Below, piece after piece: positions 9,348 to 18,305 of a stretch of 64,000 bases of DNA. Numbering within the stretch: the stretch's first letter is position 1; each line of letters opens with the position of its first letter. A model generated the notes under the pieces. It did no database searches and was not told the DNA's origin. It saw only the letters and a program-made list of their open reading frames with translations. Position numbers and translations under genes: made by a program. This stretch comes from Acidimicrobiia bacterium (GTDB taxonomy: Bacteria > Actinomycetota > Acidimicrobiia > Spongiisociales > ZC4RG35), in NCBI GenBank assembly GCA_965215185.1, contig OZ244034.1, forward strand, positions 2,759,844-2,823,843, written 5' to 3'.

Positions 9348-10127
9348 TCACTTCGGGGGAAAGTCGAGTTTTTTGGCCGACAGCCCCCCGTCCACTTTGA
9401 GCGTCTCGCCGGTGATGAAACTCGCCCGCTCAGAAAGCAGAAACACAATCGCGTCGGCCACTTCCGAAGTGTCGGCAAACCGTTGCTGGGCGTGGAGGGC
9501 GTCAGCTTCGGGTTTGGACATGCGGCCGCTTTCTATCGCTTCCCGAGCCAGGGGGGTATTGATGTAGCCGGGCGCCACTGCGTTGACCCGGATACCCAAG
9601 TGGGCCCATTCAGTGGCCAGAGTTCTGGTCAGGGCGCTGACCGCCGCCTTGGTGGCCGCGTACGGGGCTCTAAGCGGCCATCCGAAGAACTCGGCCACCG
9701 AGGAGAGGTTGACGATGGCCCCTCCCTGGTGGGTCATCATGTGCCTACCGGCTGTCTGGCACCAGTAGAAGGTGCCCGACAGGTTGATATTCAGTACCTT
9801 CTGCCAGCCTTCGGGGGGAAAGTCCACGCTGGGTCCGGCCAACTGGATACCGGCGCAGTTCACCAGGCCTCGAACCGGGGTGTTCCAGTTCTCGATCCTC
9901 TCCATGGCCCGGTGGACAGCTTCAGGGCTGGAGACATCGCAGAGCACCTCCACCACCCGGTGGGGACCGTGCTTTTCCATCAGTGATGAGGCGTGTCCCG
10001 GCTTGAGGTCGACTGCGGCGCACCGGGCCTGCGGGTCTTCTGCCAGTAGGGAAGAGGCGACCGCCGAACCTATCCCCCCCCCTGACCCGGTGACGATTGT
10101 CACTCCCGAAGAGGAATCGTGTTTCAC
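9348..10127 (-). CDS. Short-chain dehydrogenase/reductase
   Basis: TGSGGGIG, NCAG, YAATK and VNAVAPG motifs. Confidence 0.92.
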   Translation of the reverse strand: MKHDSSSGVTIVTGSGGGIGSAVASSLLAEDPQARCAAVDLKPGHASSLMEKHGPHRVVEVLCDVSSPEAVHRAMERIENWNTPVRGLVNCAGIQLAGPSVDFPPEGWQKVLNINLSGTFYWCQTAGRHMMTHQGGAIVNLSSVAEFFGWPLRAPYAATKAAVSALTRTLATEWAHLGIRVNAVAPGYINTPLAREAIESGRMSKPEADALHAQQRFADTSEVADAIVFLLSERASFITGETLKVDGGLSAKKLDFPPK

Positions 10128-10552
10128 GACTGGGAGTCATCCCCCTGGGCATCGGATGCCAACCAGCGGACTTCCGAGCCGGGAGGAGCGTAGAACCAGA
10201 GCGCGGTCATACCCTCGGGTCCCGAGTGAGTCTGGTGGGGGCTGTTGGACGGCGTGAAGAGGACAGTCCCCTCCTTCATGGGGTGTGACTTCCCGTCGAT
10301 ATCCACCCAACCTGAGCCGGAAAGCACCAACGCCACTTCCTCCGCCTCGTGAGAGTGAGGCACTGTCGCGAAGTGAGGAGGCAGGGCGGAGGTGCCCATC
10401 ACGATCTTGGCCGAGTTGCCCAGTTCCGGAGAGGCCTGGACCGCCATCGCCCGTCCTTCTATCAACCGGCCGTCCCCCCCGCTGTTTCCGGCCAGGGTCT
10501 TTTCTATCCGCTCGGTTAGGCCCGAGAGGGTCCACTTGGGGATTTCGGTCAT
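10124..10552 (-). CDS. Cupin domain protein
   Basis: PHSHEAEEVALVLSGSG...PSNSPH cupin motifs. The start at 10552 has an SD-like sequence; 10582 is an alternative. Confidence 0.85.
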   Translation of the reverse strand: MTEIPKWTLSGLTERIEKTLAGNSGGDGRLIEGRAMAVQASPELGNSAKIVMGTSALPPHFATVPHSHEAEEVALVLSGSGWVDIDGKSHPMKEGTVLFTPSNSPHQTHSGPEGMTALWFYAPPGSEVRWLASDAQGDDSQS

Positions 10553-10785
10553 GTGATCCTCACCTTCTGGGGGTGTTTCCATCTGGTAGCGAGGCTAGTT
10601 ACAAACTCCGCAAAAGGGGGTGGCATCAGGGTCCATTTCCCGCCTGGGGATAGCGGAGGGGTCTGGCTACGACCGGGGCGAATCAGAGACAAAATGGGAT
10701 CACTACCTTGAATCTTGGGTGACCACCGGCGGGTTCCGGTTGGGTGAATGGCGTTGGCGCTTGGTTCTGTAGTCTTATGGGGGTC

Positions 10786-11712
10786 ATGGCGACCATCGCC
10801 TATCCCCCCATCCCGATTTGGGAAGTCGGACCCTTGCGGTTCTCGTTGCACGGCCTTTTTGCCGCCGTGGGTTTCTTCGTGGGCTTTTGGGCGGTGGCCC
10901 GTATGTTGGAGAAGAGGGGTTTTGACCCGGCTGGCTTCCACTCTTTGGCGGTTTGGGTATTGCTGGGCGGCCTCTTGGGTGCCCGACTTCTAACTGCTCC
11001 TGCCGCTTTGCTGGATGGCGCTGGCTGGGCGGCCCTCAACCCAGTAGTCGGCAACTATTCGATAATGGGTGGATTCCTGGGCGGAATTGTGGTGGGAGTG
11101 TGGCGGATGCGGCGATTGGAATTGCCGACCCTTCCCATTTTGGATCTGGCTTCATTCGGATTGGCATGGGGAACGGTGGTGGGAAGGATCGGTGACTTGG
11201 CCATAGTCGAGCACCTGGGTCGGGCCACCGAGGTGGCGTGGGGATACGAGGTGCGGCCCGGCTACGACTTGGCCCCCCAGCACAACGGGTTGGAATGCAC
11301 CCTCCTTGAGGCCGGACCGGATGGGATCTGCGGGGTTTACCACCATGTAGCCCTATACGGCATGCTGGCCGCCGGGGCGTTGCTGGTTGTGTTATGGCTG
11401 ATCCAACGGCGGGCGCCACTGCGATATGGACAACTCTTTTCGATCTGGGTGGTGTGGTATGGCCTGCAGAGGTTTGCGTTGGACTCTCTTCGGTTCGGGA
11501 TGGGAGACGCCACCCTGGGGGGATTCACGTGGAATCAGGTGAGCGCCCTGGGTGGATCGGTGTTGGGGGTGACGCTCCTGTGGTGGTTTGGAAGACACCG
11601 GCCAATGGTTTCATCCGAAGCTGATGAGAGCTTAGGAGCAACTTGGGCGATGGCCTCCGGCGAGGATGCATCAGCAGGCGGCCATTTGCAAGAGCCGCCC
11701 ACTGGACAGTAA
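10786..11712 (+). CDS. lgt: Prolipoprotein diacylglyceryl transferase
   Basis: SLHGLF, GARL, GGFLGG, GRIGD, WYGLQRFALDSLR and TWNQ; multi-pass membrane protein. Start uncertain (10744-10786). Confidence 0.85.
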   Translation: MATIAYPPIPIWEVGPLRFSLHGLFAAVGFFVGFWAVARMLEKRGFDPAGFHSLAVWVLLGGLLGARLLTAPAALLDGAGWAALNPVVGNYSIMGGFLGGIVVGVWRMRRLELPTLPILDLASFGLAWGTVVGRIGDLAIVEHLGRATEVAWGYEVRPGYDLAPQHNGLECTLLEAGPDGICGVYHHVALYGMLAAGALLVVLWLIQRRAPLRYGQLFSIWVVWYGLQRFALDSLRFGMGDATLGGFTWNQVSALGGSVLGVTLLWWFGRHRPMVSSEADESLGATWAMASGEDASAGGHLQEPPTGQ

Positions 11713-11715
11713 TAT
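11710..11715 (+). promoter_or_regulatory. Putative -10 element (TAATAT) of a leaderless leader-peptide transcript
   Basis: TANNNT hexamer 7 nt upstream of the ATG at 11723, which has no SD. Confidence 0.5.
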
Positions 11716-11722
11716 TGCTCCG

Positions 11723-11785
11723 ATGTTGGTAGAAGAGTTCGATCGCTATTTCGTCTTTACCGGGCCCCGGCTCCGGGAGGCATAG
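11723..11785 (+). CDS. Putative Phe/Tyr-sensing leader peptide (MLVEEFDRYFVFTGPRLREA)
   Basis: 20-codon ORF with F,Y,F,F clustered in codons 6-12. It contains the antiterminator arm and precedes an aromatic biosynthesis gene. Confidence 0.65.
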   Translation: MLVEEFDRYFVFTGPRLREA

Positions 11786-11813
11786 CGCGGACCAACAACC
11801 GACGACTGACCTG

Positions 11814-11842
11814 ACCCGGAGCCCGGCTCCGGGTTTTCTTTT
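11814..11842 (+). terminator. Intrinsic terminator / attenuator hairpin
   Basis: ACCCGGAGC-CCG-GCTCCGGGT followed by TTTCTTTT. The alternative pairing arm GGCTCCGGG is at 11769-11777. Confidence 0.85.
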
Positions 11843-11879
11843 GCCCGCAGCCGCCGGTTCCCAACAACACTAAAGAGGT

Positions 11880-12947
11880 GTGGAAGTGGAGAGACAAGCA
11901 ACCAAGAAAAGCAGGTCACAGCGCACTGTGGTGCGGGTGGGGGACACCAGATTCGGACGGGACCCGTTTCCGGTCATCGCCGGTCCCTGCGCGGTGGAGA
12001 GCGAAGAGCAGATCAACACCGTGGCAGAGGCAGTGGCCGAGAATGGAGGTTCCATTCTGCGAGCCGCGGCCTACCGCTCGGGTAACTCTCCCTATAACTT
12101 CAAGGGCTTAAAGCTGGAGGGAGCAAAACTGCTGGCGGCTGCTGGAAAACGGGTGGATTTGCCGGTGGCAATGCCCATCATGGAGGAGCGCGACCTGGAA
12201 GAGTCAGGCGATTTGGTGGATATTCTGGAGATCCACCATGGGTCTATGCAGAATTTCGAGTTGTTGCGCGTCGCTGGTCGTTCCCAAAAGCCTGTGATGC
12301 TTAGACGCGGCCCATCGGCGACCATTGACGAGTTTCTGTGGTCGGTGGAATACCTGATGGCTGAGGGAAACGATCAGATCATCCTGGTCGAGCGGGGCAT
12401 CCGTACCTTTGGAACCGGCCATCGCGACACCTTGGACATCACCGCGGTCCCCCATCTGAAAGAGGTGTCACATCTCCCGGTGCTGATTGATCCCAGTCAC
12501 GCCTCTGGTGGGGCGGCGCGGGTGCCGCCTTTGGCCCTGGCTGCCCAAGGGGTGGGCTCGGATGGGCTGATCGTGGAGGTCCACCCTCAGCCGGAAGCCG
12601 CCAAAACCGAAGGACCCCGCCAATTGTCTCTCACCGAGTTCGCCGAATTGATGGTACAATTGGGCATTAGTCGGCTTCGTTCCGGCATCGATCTGGTGGA
12701 TCGGGAAATCGTCAGGCTTTTGGCCCGCAGGCGACAGCTATCCCAGGAGATCGGCCGCGCCAAGGCCGACCGTGGCTGGCCTGTGAAGAGTCACCACCGG
12801 GAGGTGGAATTGTTGGAGGCGGTGCGGGAAGAGGCCATTGTTAACCAACTCGACCCGGATCTGATAGAGAGATTGTTCAACCTGGTGCTGGAGGGTTCCC
12901 GCCGGGCTCAAAGAGATATGCGCATTGATCCGGAGGAAGGAAGGTAA
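11880..12947 (+). CDS. DAHP synthase (class I-beta)-like domain fused to a C-terminal chorismate mutase (AroQ)
   Basis: IAGPCAVES, MQNFELL, ERGIRTF, DPSH and VEVHP motifs, then LRSGIDLVDREIVRLLARR...IGRAK...RE (AroQ). Catalytic motifs are altered (see findings). Confidence 0.88.
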   Translation: MEVERQATKKSRSQRTVVRVGDTRFGRDPFPVIAGPCAVESEEQINTVAEAVAENGGSILRAAAYRSGNSPYNFKGLKLEGAKLLAAAGKRVDLPVAMPIMEERDLEESGDLVDILEIHHGSMQNFELLRVAGRSQKPVMLRRGPSATIDEFLWSVEYLMAEGNDQIILVERGIRTFGTGHRDTLDITAVPHLKEVSHLPVLIDPSHASGGAARVPPLALAAQGVGSDGLIVEVHPQPEAAKTEGPRQLSLTEFAELMVQLGISRLRSGIDLVDREIVRLLARRRQLSQEIGRAKADRGWPVKSHHREVELLEAVREEAIVNQLDPDLIERLFNLVLEGSRRAQRDMRIDPEEGR

Positions 12948-13017
12948 GGCTCTTTTACTGACCGCCCCGCTCGGCTAGCATCTTTGCGAAGTAGGCTTCG
13001 GATGCCGCCGAAGACCG

Positions 13018-13090
13018 GGCCCCGTCGTCCAGCGGCCTAGGACGTCGGCCTTTCAAGCCGGTAACGCGGGTTCGAATCCCGTCGGGGCTA
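13018..13090 (+). tRNA. tRNA-Glu (TTC)
   Basis: Acceptor stem GGCCCCG/CGGGGCT, anticodon arm TCGGC-CTTTCAA-GCCGG, T-arm GGTTCGAATCC; CCA is not encoded. Confidence 0.95.
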
Positions 13091-13111
13091 CTCTCTACGC
13101 AGTTGAGATAC

Positions 13112-13651
13112 ATGTCGGTACAGCTATACAACCGCTTTTTGTCGTTGCTGGTCCTTATGGCCCTGGCGGCTGTGGTGGCCTTGGCGTTTCGTCCGGTGAG
13201 GCGTGCCGCAGTTGGTATGGGTCTGGGCGGGTCTTGGAAGTGGCCAGCGTTTGCGGTGGCTGCCCTGGCCACGGCGGGCAGCCTTATCTTCTCGGAAGTG
13301 ATCGGCTATGAACCCTGTGAATTGTGTTGGTACCAGCGTATCGCCATGTATCCCATGGTGGTGATCTTCGGCGTGGATGTGCTGGGTGGGCAGTCCCGAA
13401 CCCGCCGGTACGCTCTGCCGCTGGCAGTGGTGGGGTTTGGCATCAGCGTTTATCACTATCTGGTCCAGGCTTTTCCCGCCGCCGGCGGAGGGGTGTGCGG
13501 CGCCGGGGTCTCATGCTCGGCCCGCTATGTGGAGGAATTCGGTTTTGTCTCCGTTCCCTTTATGGCCGGGGCGGCATTTGCCCTGATCATCGCTATCCTC
13601 CTGGCTTTCGGGCGACCGGTGATGACAGGAGTGCAGGCTGATGACGGCTAG
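13112..13651 (+). CDS. Disulfide bond formation protein B family (DsbB/BdbC)
   Basis: PCELCWYQR, a second Cys pair (VC...SC), and four TM segments. Confidence 0.9.
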   Translation: MSVQLYNRFLSLLVLMALAAVVALAFRPVRRAAVGMGLGGSWKWPAFAVAALATAGSLIFSEVIGYEPCELCWYQRIAMYPMVVIFGVDVLGGQSRTRRYALPLAVVGFGISVYHYLVQAFPAAGGGVCGAGVSCSARYVEEFGFVSVPFMAGAAFALIIAILLAFGRPVMTGVQADDG

Positions 13652-14312
13652 GAGCCAAAAGGCCAAGAGTCAAAGAAAGTGGGTTGTCATTGGGGGCGTG
13701 GCGGGGGCGGTGCTCATCGCCGGACTGGTAGCGGTGACCACCGTGAACAGCACCGCACCGGACCCGGTACAGGTCACCGTGACCGGGGAACCTATCCCGA
13801 TTCTTTCCAGCAATGTTCCGTTGGGCCAGGACATTGCCTTTGGCTGGGATTCTCCCACTCTCAGTGGGTCGGACTGGAATGGCAATCCTGTGACCATCGA
13901 TCCGAGCGACGGGCGTGCCAAATTGATCGTGTTCCTGGCGCATTGGTGTTCCCACTGTCAGGCAGAGGTACCCGAGGTACAGGCGTGGCTCAACCAGACC
14001 GGCGGGAACCCCGCCGTGGATATCTACGGAGTAGCCACTTCCATAGACCGCTCCCGTCCCAACTGGCCGCCCGGGGACTGGCTGGAAAGGGAGGGATGGA
14101 CGTCGCCCACCGTGGTTGACAAGAACAACAAAGCAGCGACGACTTTTGGTTTGTCGGCCTTTCCCTATTGGGTGGTGGTGAACCCCGAAGGCAAGGTGGT
14201 GTACCGAATAGCAGCGGGTATCGGCATGGAGGGGATGCTTAACCTGCAGCAGTTGGCCACCCAGAGCATGGAAGATTTGGAAGCTTTCATCTCTCAGAGC
14301 CAGCAGAGCTGA
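13641..14312 (+). CDS. Membrane-anchored TlpA/ResA-like thioredoxin
   Basis: N-terminal TM, FLAHWCSHC, AFPYW cis-Pro motif; overlaps the dsbB-family gene. Confidence 0.88.
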   Translation: MTARSQKAKSQRKWVVIGGVAGAVLIAGLVAVTTVNSTAPDPVQVTVTGEPIPILSSNVPLGQDIAFGWDSPTLSGSDWNGNPVTIDPSDGRAKLIVFLAHWCSHCQAEVPEVQAWLNQTGGNPAVDIYGVATSIDRSRPNWPPGDWLEREGWTSPTVVDKNNKAATTFGLSAFPYWVVVNPEGKVVYRIAAGIGMEGMLNLQQLATQSMEDLEAFISQSQQS

Positions 14313-14340
14313 TTCCGAGTTCTCGATCCGGCCGCGCTCC

Positions 14341-14787
14341 TTAGCGTTGGTCGTCGAGGCTCTTGATCTTGGCCAGCCGCCGAAGGTATGAGTTCTTCCG
14401 AATCAGGTGGGCGTCCAGATAGGTCTTGACCAGTTCTTCGGCCAAGGCGGGGCCGATCACCCTGCTGCCCAGGCACAGCAGGTTCATGTCGTCATGTTCA
14501 ACCCCTTGTCGGGCCGAATAGGTGTCGTGGGCGATCGAAGCCCGTATTCCTTTCACCTTGTTTGCTGTCATGGACGCGCCCACCCCCGAGCCGCAGATCA
14601 TGATCCCCCGATCGGCCCTTCCGTCCACCACCGCGTGTGCCACCGCCACCGTGTAGTCGGGGTAGTCAACCGACTCGGTGTTATGGGTTCCCAGATCGAA
14701 GACGGTGTGCCCCTGGCTGGTTAGGAAGCCAGTGAGTTGTTGCTTCAGGGGAAAACCTGCATGATCTGCGCCGATGGCCACTCTCAT
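14341..14787 (-). CDS. rpiB: Ribose 5-phosphate isomerase B
   Basis: GADHAGF, DYPD, CGSGVG, ANKVKGIR and EHDDMN motifs. Confidence 0.95.
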   Translation of the reverse strand: MRVAIGADHAGFPLKQQLTGFLTSQGHTVFDLGTHNTESVDYPDYTVAVAHAVVDGRADRGIMICGSGVGASMTANKVKGIRASIAHDTYSARQGVEHDDMNLLCLGSRVIGPALAEELVKTYLDAHLIRKNSYLRRLAKIKSLDDQR

Positions 14788-14908
14788 TTATCTCTCCTGT
14801 CGAGGACCCTGAAGCGAAAGGCTAACGGCCGAAAGAGCTATTTCATCGGAATGCTGCGGTGTCTGAAGGTTATTCCGTTTCCAGGGCACGGTTCGTACAA
14901 TCAGGAAG

Positions 14909-16198
14909 GTGGGAAGCGAGATAGTAATAGAGGGCGGAGTTGCCCTGCGGGGAACGGTGGGGATGGTGGGGGCCAAGAACTCAGTATTGCAGCAGATGAT
15001 CAGCACGCTGCTTTGTTCGGGGTGGCACCGGCTCTCCAATGTCCCCGATATCGCCGATGTGCGGGCCCTGATGATGGTCCTGGAGCACTTGGGTGTGAAG
15101 TGCGATCTGACCGGAAAAGAACTGGCCATGGTGGTTCCCGAGCGGATAAGTGTGGAAGCACCCTTGGAGTTGGTCCGTACCATGCGGGCTTCCATCTTGC
15201 TGCTCGGTCCCCTGTTGACCCGATTTGGTGAGGCGCAAATCCCTCTGCCGGGAGGGGACGACTTGGGCGCCCGACCGGTCGATATCCATCTGAATGGTCT
15301 GCGGAAAATGGGCGCTGAGTTGGAGTTGGTACACGGGGTACTGGTAGGAAAGGCGCCGCGGGGTCTTACCGGAACCGAGTTGAAGTTGCCTTTCCCGAGT
15401 GTCGGCGCCACTCAGAACCTATTGATGGCGGCGGTGATGGCGAAAGGGGAGTCGGCCATTTTGAATGCGGCCCGTGAACCGGAGATCATCGACTTGGGCC
15501 GCCAGTTGGAAAAAATGGGCGCTCGACTTAGGGGAGTGGGAAGTCCGATAATCCGGATCGAGGGCACGAGGGGATTGCGCCCGGCGGCCCATCGGGTACT
15601 GTCCGATCGGATTGCAGCCGGTACCTACGCCATGGCGGCGGCTATCACCGGCGGTGAGGTGACCATCACCGGATGCGAGCCCGCCCATCTTCGCATGGAA
15701 CTCGCCAAGCTGGAAGCAGCCGGCTGCGAGGTCGAAAAAGGTGAGGGTTGGCTGAGGCTGGGCGGACCGGATCGTCCCCGGGCAGTGGATTTCGCCACCC
15801 TTCCCTATCCGGGTTTTCACACCGATCTTCACCCCCAGATGGTGGCTGTTCTGTCGGTTGCCGAGGGCACCTCGGTGATCACCGAGAACCTATACGACGG
15901 AAGGTTTCGGTATGTGGGGGAGTTGGCTCGTATGGGCGCAGACATCTATACCGAGTGGGGGCACGCGGTGGTGCGAGGGGTGCCGCGGCTGTCGGGCTGT
16001 CCGGTGATGGCCACCGACATCCGGGCCGGGGCGGCGCTGGTCATCGCGGGACTGGCAGCCGACGGGGTAACTTCCATAAGTGGCGTAGGGCACATTGATC
16101 GGGGGTATGCCGATATGGTGGGCGTTATGTCGGGTTTGGGGGCCCGGATCGAGAGAAGAGACTCCGACGGTGGCGGCCAGCGGGTATTTGCATGGTGA
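14909..16198 (+). CDS. murA: UDP-N-acetylglucosamine 1-carboxyvinyltransferase
   Basis: GAKNS, MRASILLLGP, PGGDDLGARP, SVGAT, AREPEI, PYPGFHTD, DIRAG and IDRGY motifs. Confidence 0.96.
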   Translation: MGSEIVIEGGVALRGTVGMVGAKNSVLQQMISTLLCSGWHRLSNVPDIADVRALMMVLEHLGVKCDLTGKELAMVVPERISVEAPLELVRTMRASILLLGPLLTRFGEAQIPLPGGDDLGARPVDIHLNGLRKMGAELELVHGVLVGKAPRGLTGTELKLPFPSVGATQNLLMAAVMAKGESAILNAAREPEIIDLGRQLEKMGARLRGVGSPIIRIEGTRGLRPAAHRVLSDRIAAGTYAMAAAITGGEVTITGCEPAHLRMELAKLEAAGCEVEKGEGWLRLGGPDRPRAVDFATLPYPGFHTDLHPQMVAVLSVAEGTSVITENLYDGRFRYVGELARMGADIYTEWGHAVVRGVPRLSGCPVMATDIRAGAALVIAGLAADGVTSISGVGHIDRGYADMVGVMSGLGARIERRDSDGGGQRVFAW

Positions 16199-16249
16199 CT
16201 TGCGGAATGATCCGCCTACGATTCGGGTTACCTTAATGAAGAGGCACAG

Positions 16250-16540
16250 ATGACCGAGACACTTTTAGAACTCCCCAAACGCTCCACCAATCCGGGAAAG
16301 GGGTCACTCCCCGAGGTGGATTTGAATGTGCTTCAAGCAGCACTTGACTACATTCGCCCGGCGGTGCAGATGGACGGTGGCGATCTGATCTTGCTGGGAG
16401 TTGAAGAGGGAGCGGTGAGAATCCAGATGGTGGGGGCATGCGGGGGATGCCCGTTGTCGATGATGACCCTCAAGGCGGGGATTGAGCGGATCCTCAAGGC
16501 CAAGGTGCCGGGAGTGGTCTCGGTCGAAGCTGAGGGATAG
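16250..16540 (+). CDS. NifU C-terminal domain (NfuA-like) Fe-S carrier
   Basis: IRPAVQMDGGD...GACGGCP...TLKAGIE. Confidence 0.92.
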   Translation: MTETLLELPKRSTNPGKGSLPEVDLNVLQAALDYIRPAVQMDGGDLILLGVEEGAVRIQMVGACGGCPLSMMTLKAGIERILKAKVPGVVSVEAEG

Positions 16541-16557
16541 GCGGCGATCGGGTTTTA

Positions 16558-17337
16558 GTGGGCAGTCATCGCCCGGAACTTGCCCGTCTGCTGGACGATC
16601 TTCGCGGCGGAGACCGTCGCGCCTTGGCCAGGTCAATAACCCTGGTGGAAAACAACCTCCCAGCCGACCCCCGGTTAGGCGAAATGTGGGCGTCGGACCT
16701 AACCGGCGGCCGGACTGCGCGGCTGGTGGGAGTTACCGGCCCTCCGGGCGCGGGGAAGAGCACCTTGGTTTCAGCCCTGGTTGACTGCATTCGTGACGCC
16801 GGCTTGACGGTGGGGGTGGTGGCTGTCGATCCGGCCAGCCCGCTCACCGGAGGCGCCATGTTGGGGGATCGCATCCGCATGCAGACGCACTTCACCGATC
16901 CTGGCGTATTCATCCGGTCCATGTCCACCCGCGGTCATCTGGGAGGAGTGGCCAAAGCCACCCAAGCGGTCACCGATTTGCTGTGCCTGGCCGGATTCGA
17001 TGTGGTGCTGGTGGAGACGGTGGGAGTGGGACAGTCGGAAGTGGAGGTAATGAGAGTCACTCCAACTGTGGTGGTGGTGGTCAATCCCGGCATGGGGGAC
17101 TCAGTGCAGGCCGACAAGGCCGGTTTGTTCGAGATCGGAGGAGTGTTTTGCGTCAACAAGGCCGATCAGGAGGGAGCCGACCGGGCGGTACGGGTGCTCC
17201 GCCAGATGATCTCGCTCGGTTACCGGCCTGGTCCCGCTCCCCAAGTGCTCACCACTGTCGCCACCGAAGGTAAGGGGATCCCTCAACTATGGGAAGCCAT
17301 CCTCAACCACGGCGACAGCGTCCTGGCCAGGGAGTGA
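16558..17337 (+). CDS. meaB: Methylmalonyl-CoA mutase-associated GTPase
   Basis: RALARSITLVE, GPPGAGKST, VDPASP, LGDRIRM, ETVGVGQSE and NKAD motifs. Confidence 0.92.
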   Translation: MGSHRPELARLLDDLRGGDRRALARSITLVENNLPADPRLGEMWASDLTGGRTARLVGVTGPPGAGKSTLVSALVDCIRDAGLTVGVVAVDPASPLTGGAMLGDRIRMQTHFTDPGVFIRSMSTRGHLGGVAKATQAVTDLLCLAGFDVVLVETVGVGQSEVEVMRVTPTVVVVVNPGMGDSVQADKAGLFEIGGVFCVNKADQEGADRAVRVLRQMISLGYRPGPAPQVLTTVATEGKGIPQLWEAILNHGDSVLARE

Positions 17338-17399
17338 CACCCAAGACGCTAGCTCAGCGGACTCGGTGAGCCAGTGGCGTGTCCGGCCGTGCCCCAGGC

Positions 17400-18305
17400 T
17401 CATCGCCACACTGCGATGGTGACAGCCAGGATCAGCGCCACTCCCATCTGCAGCCGAGAGGTGGATTTGAGAACCTTGATCAAGTCGGGTCCCTCGGCGC
17501 CGCTCAGCACTAGGCGTACCGGGCCTGCGGCGAATGGCGCCAAACCCAATGTAGCCAGAGTGGCGGGTGGCGTGATCCCCGCCACCGCGGAGACCACCAC
17601 CACTACCAGTGACACCCCCATCAGGATGACGTAAAACAGTCTGGAACGGGCCGCGCCCATTATCACGGCCAAGGTCCGTTTCCCGACCGCTCCATCCGTT
17701 TGTATGTCTCTTAGGTTGTTGGCCACCAGGATCGCGGAAGCCAGGGTCCCCATCGGGATGGCCAACGCCCAGGCGCTGACGGGAGCGGTCATGTCGTGGA
17801 CGAATCGAGTTCCTACCGTGGCGACCAGCCCGAAGAAAATGAAAACGAATAGCTCGCCGATGCCCCGATATCCGTATGGCCAGGGTCCCCCCACGTAGGT
17901 GAGCATGGCTACCACCGATAGGACGCCCACCCAGACCAAGACCCACCCGGCGATGAAGACCAGATACAACCCTGCCGCCAGCGCCACCGATACCGCCACC
18001 CAGGCCGCCGTCCACATCTGACGAGGGGAAATCACCCCTTTGGCCACCATCCGGGGCGGCCCGATCCTATCTGGAGTGTCGGCGGCGCGGGCCGCGTCGG
18101 AGACGTCGTTGGCGAAATTGGCCGCCACCTGAATGGCAAGTCCAACGATGAGCGTCATCCAGAAGGCATCCCATCGGAACACTCCTTCTCCGATGGCCAG
18201 TCCGGTTCCCACCGTGACCGGGGCCACCGAGGCCCACAGTGTGTGTGGCCGGGCGGCGATCTTCCAGGCCTGGAAACGGGTGATTCTGGGAGAGGAGTTA
18301 CTAAT
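17400..18305 (-). CDS. menA: 1,4-dihydroxy-2-naphthoate polyprenyltransferase; start codon uncertain
   Basis: AARPHTL, ANFANDVSD, GIGELFVF and NNLRDIQTD...GKRT motifs; downstream of menB. No canonical start at the expected position (ATT at 18305 or ATG at 18356). Confidence 0.88.
   Translation of the reverse strand: MSNSSPRITRFQAWKIAARPHTLWASVAPVTVGTGLAIGEGVFRWDAFWMTLIVGLAIQVAANFANDVSDAARAADTPDRIGPPRMVAKGVISPRQMWTAAWVAVSVALAAGLYLVFIAGWVLVWVGVLSVVAMLTYVGGPWPYGYRGIGELFVFIFFGLVATVGTRFVHDMTAPVSAWALAIPMGTLASAILVANNLRDIQTDGAVGKRTLAVIMGAARSRLFYVILMGVSLVVVVVSAVAGITPPATLATLGLAPFAAGPVRLVLSGAEGPDLIKVLKSTSRLQMGVALILAVTIAVWR

Noticed and set aside
11170-11360. Lgt motif variants (GRIGD instead of GRxGN; HHVALY instead of HPSQLY)
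   Set aside because: The key Arg residues and overall topology are retained, and the changes look like ordinary lineage variation rather than new function.
13018-13110. tRNA-Glu as an integration site for a genomic island
   Set aside because: No integrase, no duplicated tRNA 3' end, and the flanking genes are housekeeping.
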